Assembly: GCA_043820655.1 (NCBI GenBank)
Contig: JBDRDO010000059.1
Span: forward strand, 1 to 55,949
Direction: 5' to 3'
DNA length: 55,949 nucleotides
Source: Candidatus Iainarchaeum sp.
GTDB lineage: Archaea; Iainarchaeota; Iainarchaeia; Iainarchaeales; JAZDEL01
The position numbers and the translations under genes are program-made. The notes beneath the pieces are model-generated. The model was given only the letters and a program-made list of their open reading frames with translations. It was not told the DNA's origin and did no database searches. The first letter of the stretch is position 1, and each line of letters opens with the position of its first letter. This document shows, piece after piece, positions 26,042 to 34,829 of the stretch.

Positions 26042-26989
26042 ATGGCAAAGGAAATCAAGGAAATAAAGGATTTGCCCGGAGTCGGGCCGACATCATTGGA
26101 AAAACTGTTTAGCGCGGGATATAAAACGCTTGAGAGCGTTGCTGTTGCATCCCCTATGGAACTTAATGAGGTTGCCGGGCTGGGAGATGGCACTGCGGAA
26201 AAGGCAATAAAGGCCGCGCGTGACGCGCTTGAAATGGGGTTTGAATCCGCGGACAAGCTTGCGGAAAGGAGGAAGCTTGTAGGGAAAATAACCACGGGTT
26301 CGGCGGAACTTGATGCGCTTATAGGCGGGGGAATTGAAACCCAGAGCATAACCGAGATTTACGGAAAGTTTGCCTCGGGAAAAACGCAGTGGTGCTTTCA
26401 GACATGCGTGACAACACAGCTCCCCAGAGATAAGGGCGGACTTGGGGGGAATGTGCTGTACATTGACAGCGAAAATTCATTCAGGCCCGAGAGGGTTATA
26501 GCGATTGCAAAGGCAAGGGGGATTGACCCTGACAAGGCGCTGAAGAATATTTTTGTGGCAAGGGCGTACAATGCGGACCATCAGATGCTGCTTGCGGAAA
26601 AGGCAAGTGAACTGGTTAAGGAGAAGAACATAAAGCTTGTGATTGTGGATTCGCTGACTTCGCAGTTCAGGTCCGAATTTATAGGGAGGGGCATGCTTGC
26701 GGACAGGCAGCAAAGGCTGAACAAGCATATGCGTGTTTTGCAGAAGCTTGCCGAAATGAACAACATAGCACTGCTTGTCACAAATCAGGTTATGGCAAGG
26801 CCGGATATTTTGTTCGGAGATCCCACTACGCCGATAGGGGGGCATGTTGTGGGGCATGCATCAAAAACAAGGCTGTATTTGAGGAAGAGCAAAGAAGATA
26901 AGCGTGTTGCGAAACTTGTTGATTCCCCGAGCCTGCCTGACGGCGAGGCGATTTACAGGGTAACTGAAAACGGAATAGAGGATGTGTAA
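26042..26989 (+). CDS. radA: DNA repair and recombination protein RadA
   Basis: HhH N-domain (LPGVGPTSLEKL), Walker A GKFASGKTQ, Walker B LVIVDSL. GGAGGTG SD. Confidence 0.9.
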   Translation: MAKEIKEIKDLPGVGPTSLEKLFSAGYKTLESVAVASPMELNEVAGLGDGTAEKAIKAARDALEMGFESADKLAERRKLVGKITTGSAELDALIGGGIETQSITEIYGKFASGKTQWCFQTCVTTQLPRDKGGLGGNVLYIDSENSFRPERVIAIAKARGIDPDKALKNIFVARAYNADHQMLLAEKASELVKEKNIKLVIVDSLTSQFRSEFIGRGMLADRQQRLNKHMRVLQKLAEMNNIALLVTNQVMARPDILFGDPTTPIGGHVVGHASKTRLYLRKSKEDKRVAKLVDSPSLPDGEAIYRVTENGIEDV

Positions 26990-27003
26990 AAGGAGGCGTG
27001 AAT

Positions 27004-27096
27004 ATGGATGGAAAGGAAACAATGAAGGCATTCAAAAGGGAGAAGAAGGCACGCGCGGGAAACAGCCGCGACGGCAGGACAAAGGACAGGTGCTGA
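27004..27096 (+). CDS. 30-codon highly basic micro-ORF (uncertain)
   Basis: AGGAGG at 26991-26996, 7 nt before the ATG. MDGKETMKAFKREKKARAGNSRDGRTKDRC. Not in the track (<60 aa). Confidence 0.3.
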   Translation: MDGKETMKAFKREKKARAGNSRDGRTKDRC

Positions 27097-27143
27097 ACGC
27101 GCAAATGAGCGGCAGGGCAGGCAGGAAAAATTACGCGCAGGAA

Positions 27144-27578
27144 TCAGACCTGCGCATCCCGCAATTGCTCAATGCGCCATTCAAATGACATATCCTTGTC
27201 AAGCACATAATCCGTGATTCCGCGGTCGGCATATTCATTGTTCACATACAGTGCCCAGTATGCATTCTCGCCTGCGGGAGTGCCGTTTATTGATGTGACC
27301 ATCACGCCGAAGGCAAACTGCTGATACTCAACATCAAACAAATCCTGCATTGCGTCAAATGCATTTGAGCCCTTTTCAAAGCGCCCGGAATTTTCAAACA
27401 GGGTTTCCCCGTTGTCTGTTATTCCGAACTGCGCGGTTACTGTTTCTGTTTTTTCACCGGTGTTTGCCGTGCCTGTATCTGCCGTGCCTGCGTCAGTTGC
27501 CTCTGCCGGACTTGTACATCCTGAGAGTAGTGCTGCCGCGAGCATCAGCACGAGTAAGGCTGACCACTTTGAATTCAT
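27144..27578 (-). CDS. DUF4430-like lipoprotein (transcobalamin-like beta domain)
   Basis: Lipobox LLSGC after the signal peptide. The C-terminal motif G.NAFDA...L..V....FG..V.SING......YWALYVN resembles DUF4430 (recalled). Confidence 0.65.
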   Translation of the reverse strand: MNSKWSALLVLMLAAALLSGCTSPAEATDAGTADTGTANTGEKTETVTAQFGITDNGETLFENSGRFEKGSNAFDAMQDLFDVEYQQFAFGVMVTSINGTPAGENAYWALYVNNEYADRGITDYVLDKDMSFEWRIEQLRDAQV

Positions 27579-28194
27579 TGTCTCCCTCCTTTAGTTTCAG
27601 CAGCGGCCTAAGGAGCGCTGCAAATCCTGCGTTTGTTGCTATGTGAATAATTGAAAAGGGCGCGGAGGAAAGGAAGTACAGCGGGATTGAAAGTGCGCCT
27701 ATGAAGAGGCCTATGCCCATCATCGGGCCTGAAAGATTCATTATAACCTCAAACAATACTGTGCCAGCAATGCTCATGAAAATAAGGTCCCTCGGTTTAG
27801 GGGATTTCATCTTCCCGAAGGCGCCGCCCATGGCGCCTGCCATCGCTCCCCCTAATGCCTGGAAAATTGTCCACGGACCCTGAAGGCCCCATAGAAAGAA
27901 GTTTGAAATTATGTATGCGCTTCCGCCGAGCGCGAAACCCTCGCGCATGCCGAAGAGCATTCCCGCAAGGATTGCCAAAGGTATTATGGGCTCGACAGAG
28001 GGCACGTACTGAAGCAGGACCCTGCCTCCTGCTGCCCCCGCAAGCATTGTTGTGAAAATTGTTAGGCTGCGCGAATCGCGCTTAAGTTTCTCAAAATTCC
28101 AGTGGCTTTTCAGCTGTTCGGCAGCGGGGATTTCACCCTGCATTGGCTTTTGCAGGAGAACCTGCCTTGCACTGTTTCTTGCCCTTTCAAGCAT
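27493..28194 (-). CDS. polytopic membrane protein, ECF-transporter S-component-like
   Basis: About 5-6 TM segments, Gly-rich. Adjacent to the DUF4430 gene as in ECF/cobalamin-type pairs. The 3' end overlaps the next gene by 86 nt, so the stop and the gene model are uncertain. Confidence 0.45.
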   Translation of the reverse strand: MLERARNSARQVLLQKPMQGEIPAAEQLKSHWNFEKLKRDSRSLTIFTTMLAGAAGGRVLLQYVPSVEPIIPLAILAGMLFGMREGFALGGSAYIISNFFLWGLQGPWTIFQALGGAMAGAMGGAFGKMKSPKPRDLIFMSIAGTVLFEVIMNLSGPMMGIGLFIGALSIPLYFLSSAPFSIIHIATNAGFAALLRPLLKLKEGDNEFKVVSLTRADARGSTTLRMYKSGRGN

Positions 28195-28241
28195 ATAGCA
28201 ATATGTGGTGCAGGGGGCTTTTTATATATTTGGACTGGCTG

Positions 28242-28835
28242 TTAGGGGCGTGCGCCAAAGATATCAATAAACGGCTTTTTTACATGTGAGAAAAGGACAT
28301 ATGCAAGCGGCACGCTGAAAAGGGTCATGGCAACTGTTGCAATGAACATGAACTGCAATTCCTCTTGTGGAATTGGCGGGTGGATAAATAATGTGTAATC
28401 AAGAAAGTCATTTAGCAGGAGCCACGCAAGTGCGGGCAGGGCAAGCAAAGGGCGTATTGAGAGTTTGCCGGCAAGCAGGGAAACTTCCGCAATAAGCCCT
28501 ATGTGCGCGGCAAAGAGCACTACATATATAAGTGCCGCGGCAGGAGTGAAGTAAAATTCAGGGAAGTATGAAAGGACGAAAATTGTCCAGATTCCGTATT
28601 TAAGTGCCGTTGCCGCGGCAAGGAAATAAAACCATTCCGCCCTTGCCCCGCGGTGAATTAGAAAGATTGCGATCGCAAAAAGCAGGGCGGCAAGCGGGCA
28701 GTCGGCAATAAAAATCCAGAGCAGGGGATTTGAGGATGCAAGGGTTGAGCCGTAGTAAAAGATGAAGCCGTATGCCGCGCCGGCAAGGTTTGCAATAAAC
28801 ACAGCCCAGAACAGGGTTTGCGTGCGTGAAATCAT
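28242..28835 (-). CDS. DUF1405-like membrane protein
   Basis: 197 aa, 6 TM. The WIFIADCPLAA motif resembles DUF1405 (recalled). Confidence 0.55.
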   Translation of the reverse strand: MISRTQTLFWAVFIANLAGAAYGFIFYYGSTLASSNPLLWIFIADCPLAALLFAIAIFLIHRGARAEWFYFLAAATALKYGIWTIFVLSYFPEFYFTPAAALIYVVLFAAHIGLIAEVSLLAGKLSIRPLLALPALAWLLLNDFLDYTLFIHPPIPQEELQFMFIATVAMTLFSVPLAYVLFSHVKKPFIDIFGARP

Positions 28836-29362
28836 TTTTCCCGCCTCAGTTCTTTTGCAGGAACGCCCCCAACAAAGGCGCCTGCAGGCACATCCTTATT
28901 CACAAGGGAGCAGGCGGAAATAGTTGCCCCTGCGCCTATTGAAACCCCTGCAAGGACTGTTGTGTTTGCGCCGAGGAGTGAATTCTTTCCTATAACAACC
29001 GGGCCTGTGCGGTACTCTTCCCGCAAAAATTCATGGGCAAGGATTGTGCAGTTATAGCCGAGCATGCAATTCTCCTCAAGCACAATCAATTCGGGAAAGA
29101 ATATGTCAAACATTGCCGCAAGGCCGATTGAAACGTTTTTTCCGACCTTCATTCCTGTTGTGCGGAGGAGTGCGCGTTTCAGTGCGAGGGAAGGGAGCAT
29201 TCGTGCCAGGGAAATTATGATGAAATTAAGGGAAACAGTTAAGGGGTTTTTTGCCCTATGCCATTCAAGCAGGGAGTTGGCTGCCTTGGTTTTATGGACA
29301 GTAAGGCGCCTTGGCAGTCCCATGTAAATACCTTTCCGGGTTTCAGCTTCACCCTTCAACAA
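28832..29362 (-). CDS. hexapeptide-repeat acetyltransferase (left-handed beta helix)
   Basis: Hexapeptide repeats: IGKNSLLGANTTVLAGVSIGAGATISACSLVNKDVPAGAFVGGVPA. The start may be the internal Met at 29323. Confidence 0.7.
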   Translation of the reverse strand: MLKGEAETRKGIYMGLPRRLTVHKTKAANSLLEWHRAKNPLTVSLNFIIISLARMLPSLALKRALLRTTGMKVGKNVSIGLAAMFDIFFPELIVLEENCMLGYNCTILAHEFLREEYRTGPVVIGKNSLLGANTTVLAGVSIGAGATISACSLVNKDVPAGAFVGGVPAKELRREK

Positions 29363-29540
29363 CTTTTATGCACTGCACAGGGCAGGCATCCGCTGCCCGC
29401 TTGTTGCATCCAATATCATCAAGTTCGGTCTTTTTCGGCTTTGATTTATCGCCGTTCATTACCCAGTTTTCGGGGCATATTGCCGCACAACTTCCGCAGC
29501 CTATGCACTTCTCAATGTCTTGTTCTATTTTAACAGCCAT
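29349..29540 (-). CDS. 4Fe-4S ferredoxin
   Basis: CIGCGSCAAICP and a distal C...CP motif. Start chosen at MAVKIEQD. Confidence 0.75.
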   Translation of the reverse strand: MAVKIEQDIEKCIGCGSCAAICPENWVMNGDKSKPKKTELDDIGCNKRAADACPVQCIKVVEG

Positions 29541-30102
29541 CAGGCATCGCCTCCTTATACATTTTCTTGCTCCCCTTAATAACCCTTTCGTGAAGACTTT
29601 TTCCGCCTGAATCAATGGTCACTATTGCCGGAAACATTGAAACCTCAAAAACCCATATTGCGTCCGCCATTCCGAATTCACGGAGTTTGTAAACCGCACG
29701 GACCTTTGTTATGTGTTGTGCAAGGAGCGCACCTGTTCCACCAATAGCGGAAAGGTATGGCACGCCTGTGTTCTGCATTCCGCCTTTCCCCATAAATGCG
29801 GCAATGCCGTGGCGTTTTGCAAGGGCTTTTGCATACATCCCAAAGCGGGCGCTTGTTGTCGGGCCCGCACTAAGCACGGAATATGACTTGCCCTTTCTGC
29901 GGACAACCGGACCGCAGTGGTAGATTAAAGATCCTTTGAGCAGGCGCTTCAGTTCTGCGGGAACACCGTCCCCCAGTAAAAATTTATGCGCGCGGTCGCG
30001 TGCGGTTATTATTGTGCCTGTCAATTCAACAGGCATGCCAACCTCAAGGCGCGAGGCTGTTTTTTTGTTTAGCGGAAGATCCATGCGAAACGCGTTACGC
30101 AT
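29530..30102 (-). CDS. class I fumarate hydratase / tartrate dehydratase, beta subunit
   Basis: TGTIITARDRAHKFL, YHCGPV and GKGGM motifs. Follows the alpha subunit with an 8-nt overlap. Confidence 0.8.
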   Translation of the reverse strand: MRNAFRMDLPLNKKTASRLEVGMPVELTGTIITARDRAHKFLLGDGVPAELKRLLKGSLIYHCGPVVRRKGKSYSVLSAGPTTSARFGMYAKALAKRHGIAAFMGKGGMQNTGVPYLSAIGGTGALLAQHITKVRAVYKLREFGMADAIWVFEVSMFPAIVTIDSGGKSLHERVIKGSKKMYKEAMPDGC

Positions 30103-30967
30103 ACTTTGCCCCCTCCTTTTGCCAGAGCATGCCGCGCCTCCTCAATGCCCAGCAGGAGAATGAAACATCAACAAACATTGAGGCGGGATGGCGTGCAAGC
30201 ACGGAAATATGCACGGCAAGAAGCGTGCTTTTTCCCCCTAAGCCGGAGGGGCCGATGCCGAGGGAGTTTGCCTTTTTCAGGATGCTGTTTTCAAGTTTGG
30301 CAAGTTCCCTGTTTTTGTTTTTTTCCCCGAGTTTACGGAGCAGGAGGCGCTTTGATTCCGCCGCGGCTTCGGCACGCGAGCCCGTAATTGCAATGCATAA
30401 AACCATCGGAGGGCACGCCCTGCCCTGCGCCTTTTGCACCGCATCAAGCGCACATTTTTCAACTCCCGTAAAATCACGCTCCGCACATAGTGATTCGTCG
30501 GGCAGGGAATAGCACTTCCCTATGTTCTCACTGCCTGCGCCTTTCATAAGCAGTTCAAAATACAGCGCATTTTTTCCCCATTGCGAGATGTGAATTTCGG
30601 GAATTCCTGCGCCTGTGCTGCCAAGCGGCCTGCCTGAAAGGCATTCCACAGCATTCGGGCGCAAAGGAACCTTGCGTTCGGCAAGTTTTGTTGCGGAAAT
30701 TATCGCGCTTTTTATTTTCTGCGGGCTGTAGCCCTGCGGAGCGCGGACATAAAAAACAGGCGTGCCTGTGTCCTGGCAAAGCGGCACAGAATTGTGCTTT
30801 GCTATTTTTGTATTTTCAATAATCGCATCAAGCGCGCGGCGTGCGTTTGAATTTGGCATTTCAGATTTTCTTGCGCACACAAGCGCGGCATGCACATCGG
30901 AAGGGAGTTCCGTTGATGCAAGGCGATAGAGTTCAACAAGTGCGGGAATAAGGGTTAGGGATGCCAC
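30095..30967 (-). CDS. class I fumarate hydratase / tartrate dehydratase, alpha subunit
   Basis: PLCQDTGTPVFYV and Cys ligands for the Fe-S cluster. 290 aa. Confidence 0.8.
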   Translation of the reverse strand: MASLTLIPALVELYRLASTELPSDVHAALVCARKSEMPNSNARRALDAIIENTKIAKHNSVPLCQDTGTPVFYVRAPQGYSPQKIKSAIISATKLAERKVPLRPNAVECLSGRPLGSTGAGIPEIHISQWGKNALYFELLMKGAGSENIGKCYSLPDESLCAERDFTGVEKCALDAVQKAQGRACPPMVLCIAITGSRAEAAAESKRLLLRKLGEKNKNRELAKLENSILKKANSLGIGPSGLGGKSTLLAVHISVLARHPASMFVDVSFSCWALRRRGMLWQKEGAKYA

Positions 30968-31057
30968 AGAATCACAATAGCATTTGGGGAAAAAGTAATT
31001 ATAAGGTTAATGAAAAGGGGGGCGAAAAGCGAAGTGCGGAATGGGAATTCCGAAGGA

Positions 31058-31294
31058 TTATTCCTCAATTCCGAGCGCTTCAATAATCTTCGGCTTGTCA
31101 AAGCCCACGATTACCTTTTTGCCTATCACGATTACGGGAACGCCTGACTGGCCGCTTTTCCGCATCATTTCCTGCAATTTTTCCCTGTCGGATGAAACAT
31201 CAAAATGCGTGAATTCAATGTGTTTCGCCTTAAGGAAATCCTCAACCATTGTGCAGAAAGGGCAGGTAGGGGTTGAGTAAACTATCACATCCAT
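31058..31294 (-). CDS. glutaredoxin-like protein
   Basis: MDVIVYSTPTCPFC...GVPVIVIG. CPFC active site and a cis-Pro motif. The track ORF is extended upstream. Confidence 0.8.
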   Translation of the reverse strand: MDVIVYSTPTCPFCTMVEDFLKAKHIEFTHFDVSSDREKLQEMMRKSGQSGVPVIVIGKKVIVGFDKPKIIEALGIEE

Positions 31295-31349
31295 ATAATC
31301 ACAACAAAAAATGGGTTGCAAATAAATAAAAAGAAGGGGGTTGGCGCAA

Positions 31350-32489
31350 TTATGCGCCGCATGCCCCCGCGCCTGAAGACACCCCGTCAGCATAGCCGAA
31401 GCCAGATGATGGACCTTCAGAAGATAGTGTTGCAGCACAATCCTCTGGCGATTCGTTGAACGCCTCGCAGATTATGCTAAGCAAATTAGCTGGCGACCTT
31501 GCTCCCGCATTTGGAATTGAAACAGTAGTTCCATTCACAACAAGTGTCGGCGATCCGCCAACACCATAGAGTTCGTTCAGCGCCTTGTCGATGTTGAAGA
31601 GCGGGTAATTGCCACTCAGGTAGCTTGTTGTATCTGCAAGGTTTGCTGAAACACTGAACTCCGTGTCCGCTGCAGCAGTGCATATTGCAAGTGCCGCAGT
31701 GTCAATGCCTGCCTGTGCAAGGCAGGTTTCGGAGTCGCCTGCATCAAGGAAGCATTTAAGGTATGGTAGATAGAGTTCGTTCTGCCCCTTCTGGATGCAG
31801 TACTGGTTCAACTGCTCATTAACCTCTGTTGCGCCGTGCATTGCATAGTACACAAAGCGGATGTTGAAATTTATCTTATCTCCGAGCAATTCAGCAACAG
31901 GGATTATGCCCTTCTCTACCTGCGTGCCAAATGGGCAGTGGCTCATAACAAAGAGGTCAACTTCCGGCACTGCGGACTTCTGCACCTCAACTGTGTCCGT
32001 GCCTGCGTCAGGCTGTTCCGGCGTTTCTGTTCCGGGAAGCGGCTCATTCATGTTTAAAGGAGCGCCTGAAAGCAGGAATACGCCGTCCTTTGTTATGTAA
32101 GTCTCTATTGTTGCCGCGACTTCCCCTGCCTCAATTATGTCAATTTCCGCAACATAGAAAGAGCCGTCAGAGCTCTTTATCCTTGTATCTACTGAAATGC
32201 CGGGCCCAAAAAATACCTCGGCATTGTTGTTCAGGTACGTTTTCAGCTTTGCCGCAACCTCCCCCTGTGTCGGCATGCCTGCCGTGTTCTGCCCTGAATT
32301 CGTCACAAACCCGGTTGGCTGTGCGGGATTCAGCAGAAATGTGCCCGCAATTGCCCCCACAAGCAGCGCAATAATCGCTGTTACAAGCAGTATGCTAAGC
32401 GAAAATGTTTTTGCGCCCTCTGCATGTGCGGAGGATGCCTGTCCCGCAGTTTCACGAACTGTGGAAGATCCGTTTGTTTCCTCATCCAT
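31350..32489 (-). CDS. membrane-anchored thioredoxin-fold (DsbA-like) protein
   Basis: N-terminal TM (FSLSILLVTAIIALLVGAIAGTFLL), an extracytoplasmic domain, then a DsbA-like module with SHCPFG and GSPTLVVNG. Confidence 0.65.
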   Translation of the reverse strand: MDEETNGSSTVRETAGQASSAHAEGAKTFSLSILLVTAIIALLVGAIAGTFLLNPAQPTGFVTNSGQNTAGMPTQGEVAAKLKTYLNNNAEVFFGPGISVDTRIKSSDGSFYVAEIDIIEAGEVAATIETYITKDGVFLLSGAPLNMNEPLPGTETPEQPDAGTDTVEVQKSAVPEVDLFVMSHCPFGTQVEKGIIPVAELLGDKINFNIRFVYYAMHGATEVNEQLNQYCIQKGQNELYLPYLKCFLDAGDSETCLAQAGIDTAALAICTAAADTEFSVSANLADTTSYLSGNYPLFNIDKALNELYGVGGSPTLVVNGTTVSIPNAGARSPANLLSIICEAFNESPEDCAATLSSEGPSSGFGYADGVSSGAGACGA

Positions 32490-32655
32490 TGAAAAACCCC
32501 CTTTTGGTTTATTACACTAAATATATTATGCAACTCTTTTAAAGTATCTGTTTTTGTGAGCGGAAATTATTGCAAAATCTGTCAGGTGATGCATTAGAAA
32601 GATGGACCAAAAGGTTTATAAGGAAAATTAACGATTGTTGATATATGGCGATTAC

Positions 32656-33018
32656 ATGGTTATGAGGCTCCCTTGTGAACTGGTGGGGTGGTATTTGCTT
32701 CCCGCAATAAGAATGGAGCTTGTGAAGGAAATGGTCAAGGGCGGAATGCCGCGCAAGGATGTCGCAAAACAGTTGGGCCTTACCGAGGCGGCGGTATGCA
32801 ATTATATTAAGGGAAAACGGGGCGCGAACATTGCGCTTGACGGCAAAGCAAAGGCGAAGATAAGGGCTATTGCCAAGAAGATTGCGGATAAGGAAAAGGG
32901 CGGCAAGGAAACGTTCATAGGGGAGACGTGCGCGCTGTGCATATCACTCCGCAAGGCAGGGGCGCTTTGCAAGATGCACAAGGAGCAGGGAGCGCCAAAG
33001 GACTGCAACGCATGTTAG
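32656..33018 (+). CDS. HTH transcriptional regulator with a C-terminal Cys cluster
   Basis: HTH (RKDVAKQLGLTEAAVCNYIKGKRG) followed by CALCISLRKAGALCKMH...DCNAC. Directly upstream of nifS-iscU. Confidence 0.6.
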   Translation: MVMRLPCELVGWYLLPAIRMELVKEMVKGGMPRKDVAKQLGLTEAAVCNYIKGKRGANIALDGKAKAKIRAIAKKIADKEKGGKETFIGETCALCISLRKAGALCKMHKEQGAPKDCNAC

Positions 33019-33026
33019 GGGCTGAA

Positions 33027-34202
33027 ATGGCGATGAAAAACGGAAAAATCTATATGGACAATGCCGCAACCACGCGCGTTGATGAACGCGTGATTGGGGC
33101 AATGGCGCCTTATTTCTCGGAAAGGTTCGGGAATGCCTCATCACTGCACGAATATGGCAGGGGCGCATCAGTGGCTGTTGAAGTGGCGAGGGAAAAGGTT
33201 GCGAAACTGCTTGGCGCAAAGGCGGAGGAAATTTACTTCACTTCGGGCGGGACCGAGGCTGACAATCTTGCATTAAAAGGCGCGGCATTTGCCGCACGCG
33301 GGAGGGGAAAGGGGAACCATATAATAACAAGCGCAATAGAGCATCCCGCGGTTCTGCAGGCATGTGAATTTTTGGGAAAGGATGGATTTGAGGTTACTTA
33401 CGTGCCCGTGGACAGGGAAGGGGCGGTTAAGGCTGATGCAATTGGGGATGCAATAACAAAAAACACATCACTGGTTTCAGTTATGCACGCAAATAATGAG
33501 ATAGGCACAATACAGCCTGTTTCGGAAATAGGAAAAATCTGCGGGGAAAGGGGCGTGCTGTTCCACAGTGATGCGGTGCAGACATTCGGGAAGATTGAAA
33601 CAGATGTGAAAAAAATGAATGCGGATTTGGTTTCTTTAAGTGCGCATAAGATTTACGGGCCGAAGGGTGTTGGGGCGCTGTATGTTAGGGATGGTGTTGA
33701 GTTAAGCACGCTTATGCACGGCGGGGGGCATGAAAGGGGGCTGCGTGCAGGCACTGAAAACGTGCCCGGTATTGCGGGATTTGGAAAGGCGGCAGAGATT
33801 TGCGGAAAGGGAATGGTAAAGGAGGCAAAGCGTGTTTCGGGAATGAGGGATGCGCTTATTGATGGTGTGCTCTCGGAAATTAAGGATGTTGCGCTTAACG
33901 GCCACAGGAAACAGCGGCTGCCAGGGAATGCAAATTTTTCATTTTCACATATAGAGGGCGAGGCGCTTATTATGATGCTTGACGATAAGGGGGTTGCGGC
34001 TTCAACAGGGTCGGCATGCTCGTCAAAATCATTGAAGGCAAGCCATGTTTTGCTTGCGCTGGGAATGCGGGAGGTGCAGGCGCACGGCTCTTTGCGGCTT
34101 ACTTTGGGGAGATTCAATACAAGGCAGGATGTTGATTATGTGCTTGGGGTTTTGCCCGGCGTTGTTAAGGGCCTGAGGAAAATAAGCCCGCTTGGGAAGT
34201 GA
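33027..34202 (+). CDS. nifS: cysteine desulfurase (NifS/IscS class)
   Basis: IYMDNAATT, SLSAHKIYGPKG (PLP lysine), SSGSACSS (catalytic Cys loop). Confidence 0.9.
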   Translation: MAMKNGKIYMDNAATTRVDERVIGAMAPYFSERFGNASSLHEYGRGASVAVEVAREKVAKLLGAKAEEIYFTSGGTEADNLALKGAAFAARGRGKGNHIITSAIEHPAVLQACEFLGKDGFEVTYVPVDREGAVKADAIGDAITKNTSLVSVMHANNEIGTIQPVSEIGKICGERGVLFHSDAVQTFGKIETDVKKMNADLVSLSAHKIYGPKGVGALYVRDGVELSTLMHGGGHERGLRAGTENVPGIAGFGKAAEICGKGMVKEAKRVSGMRDALIDGVLSEIKDVALNGHRKQRLPGNANFSFSHIEGEALIMMLDDKGVAASTGSACSSKSLKASHVLLALGMREVQAHGSLRLTLGRFNTRQDVDYVLGVLPGVVKGLRKISPLGK

Positions 34203-34238
34203 ATGATTAGAGGTAACACGGAATACGGGAGTGATTGC

Positions 34239-34634
34239 ATGTACGGCGAGAAGGTGATGAAGGAATTCAGGAACCCGAAAAATATGGGCGCAATTAAGGA
34301 TGCTGACGGCATTGGCACAGTAGGAAATCCATCCTGCGGGGATTTGATGAAGGTTTACATAAAGGTCAAGGCAGGGAAGATTGCGGATATTAAGGTTGAG
34401 ACTTACGGATGCGTGGCGGCAATTGCAACTTCCTCAGTTACAACGGAATTTGTAAAGGGCAAAACAATCGAGGAAGCGGAGAGGCTGACAAAGGATGCTG
34501 TTGCAAAGGAACTGGGGGGGCTTCCGCCCATAAAAATGCACTGTTCCGTGCTTGCGGTTGACGGACTTAAGGCAGCAATCGCGGATTACAGGAAGAGGCA
34601 GAACGAAAATAAGGCGCGAAAAGTAAAATCCTAA
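34239..34634 (+). CDS. iscU: Fe-S cluster scaffold IscU/NifU N-terminal type
   Basis: NPSCGD, GCVAAIA, HCS motifs (three Cys ligands). Confidence 0.85.
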   Translation: MYGEKVMKEFRNPKNMGAIKDADGIGTVGNPSCGDLMKVYIKVKAGKIADIKVETYGCVAAIATSSVTTEFVKGKTIEEAERLTKDAVAKELGGLPPIKMHCSVLAVDGLKAAIADYRKRQNENKARKVKS

Positions 34635-34760
34635 GTGCATCCTATTCGCTTTGAAAAAAAGCGAACTGCGGGGCAATTAGCCCGCCAAGATAATAAGGAA
34701 ACCTAATAAAAGGGCGCGGCTTTCTTTGGTTTCTATGGCGCGGCGCATTGCGGCAAATCC

Positions 34761-34791
34761 TTATAAACTCAGGAAACACAATTGTTGTTCC
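34761..34791 (+). promoter_or_regulatory. TATA-like box followed by an imperfect 20-bp palindrome upstream of nrdD
   Basis: ttataaa (34761-34767), then ggaaacacaa/ttgttgttcc (34772-34791; the half-sites match 8/10 as an inverted repeat). 39 nt before the nrdD ATG. Confidence 0.4.
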
Positions 34792-34829
34792 AATAGGTTT
34801 GATAAGAAGATAATAGAAGGGGGGATTAT

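Noticed and set aside
26982-27188. 68-aa ORF overlapping the radA stop
   Set aside because: There is no start context. The SD in this region serves a different frame (27004..27096).
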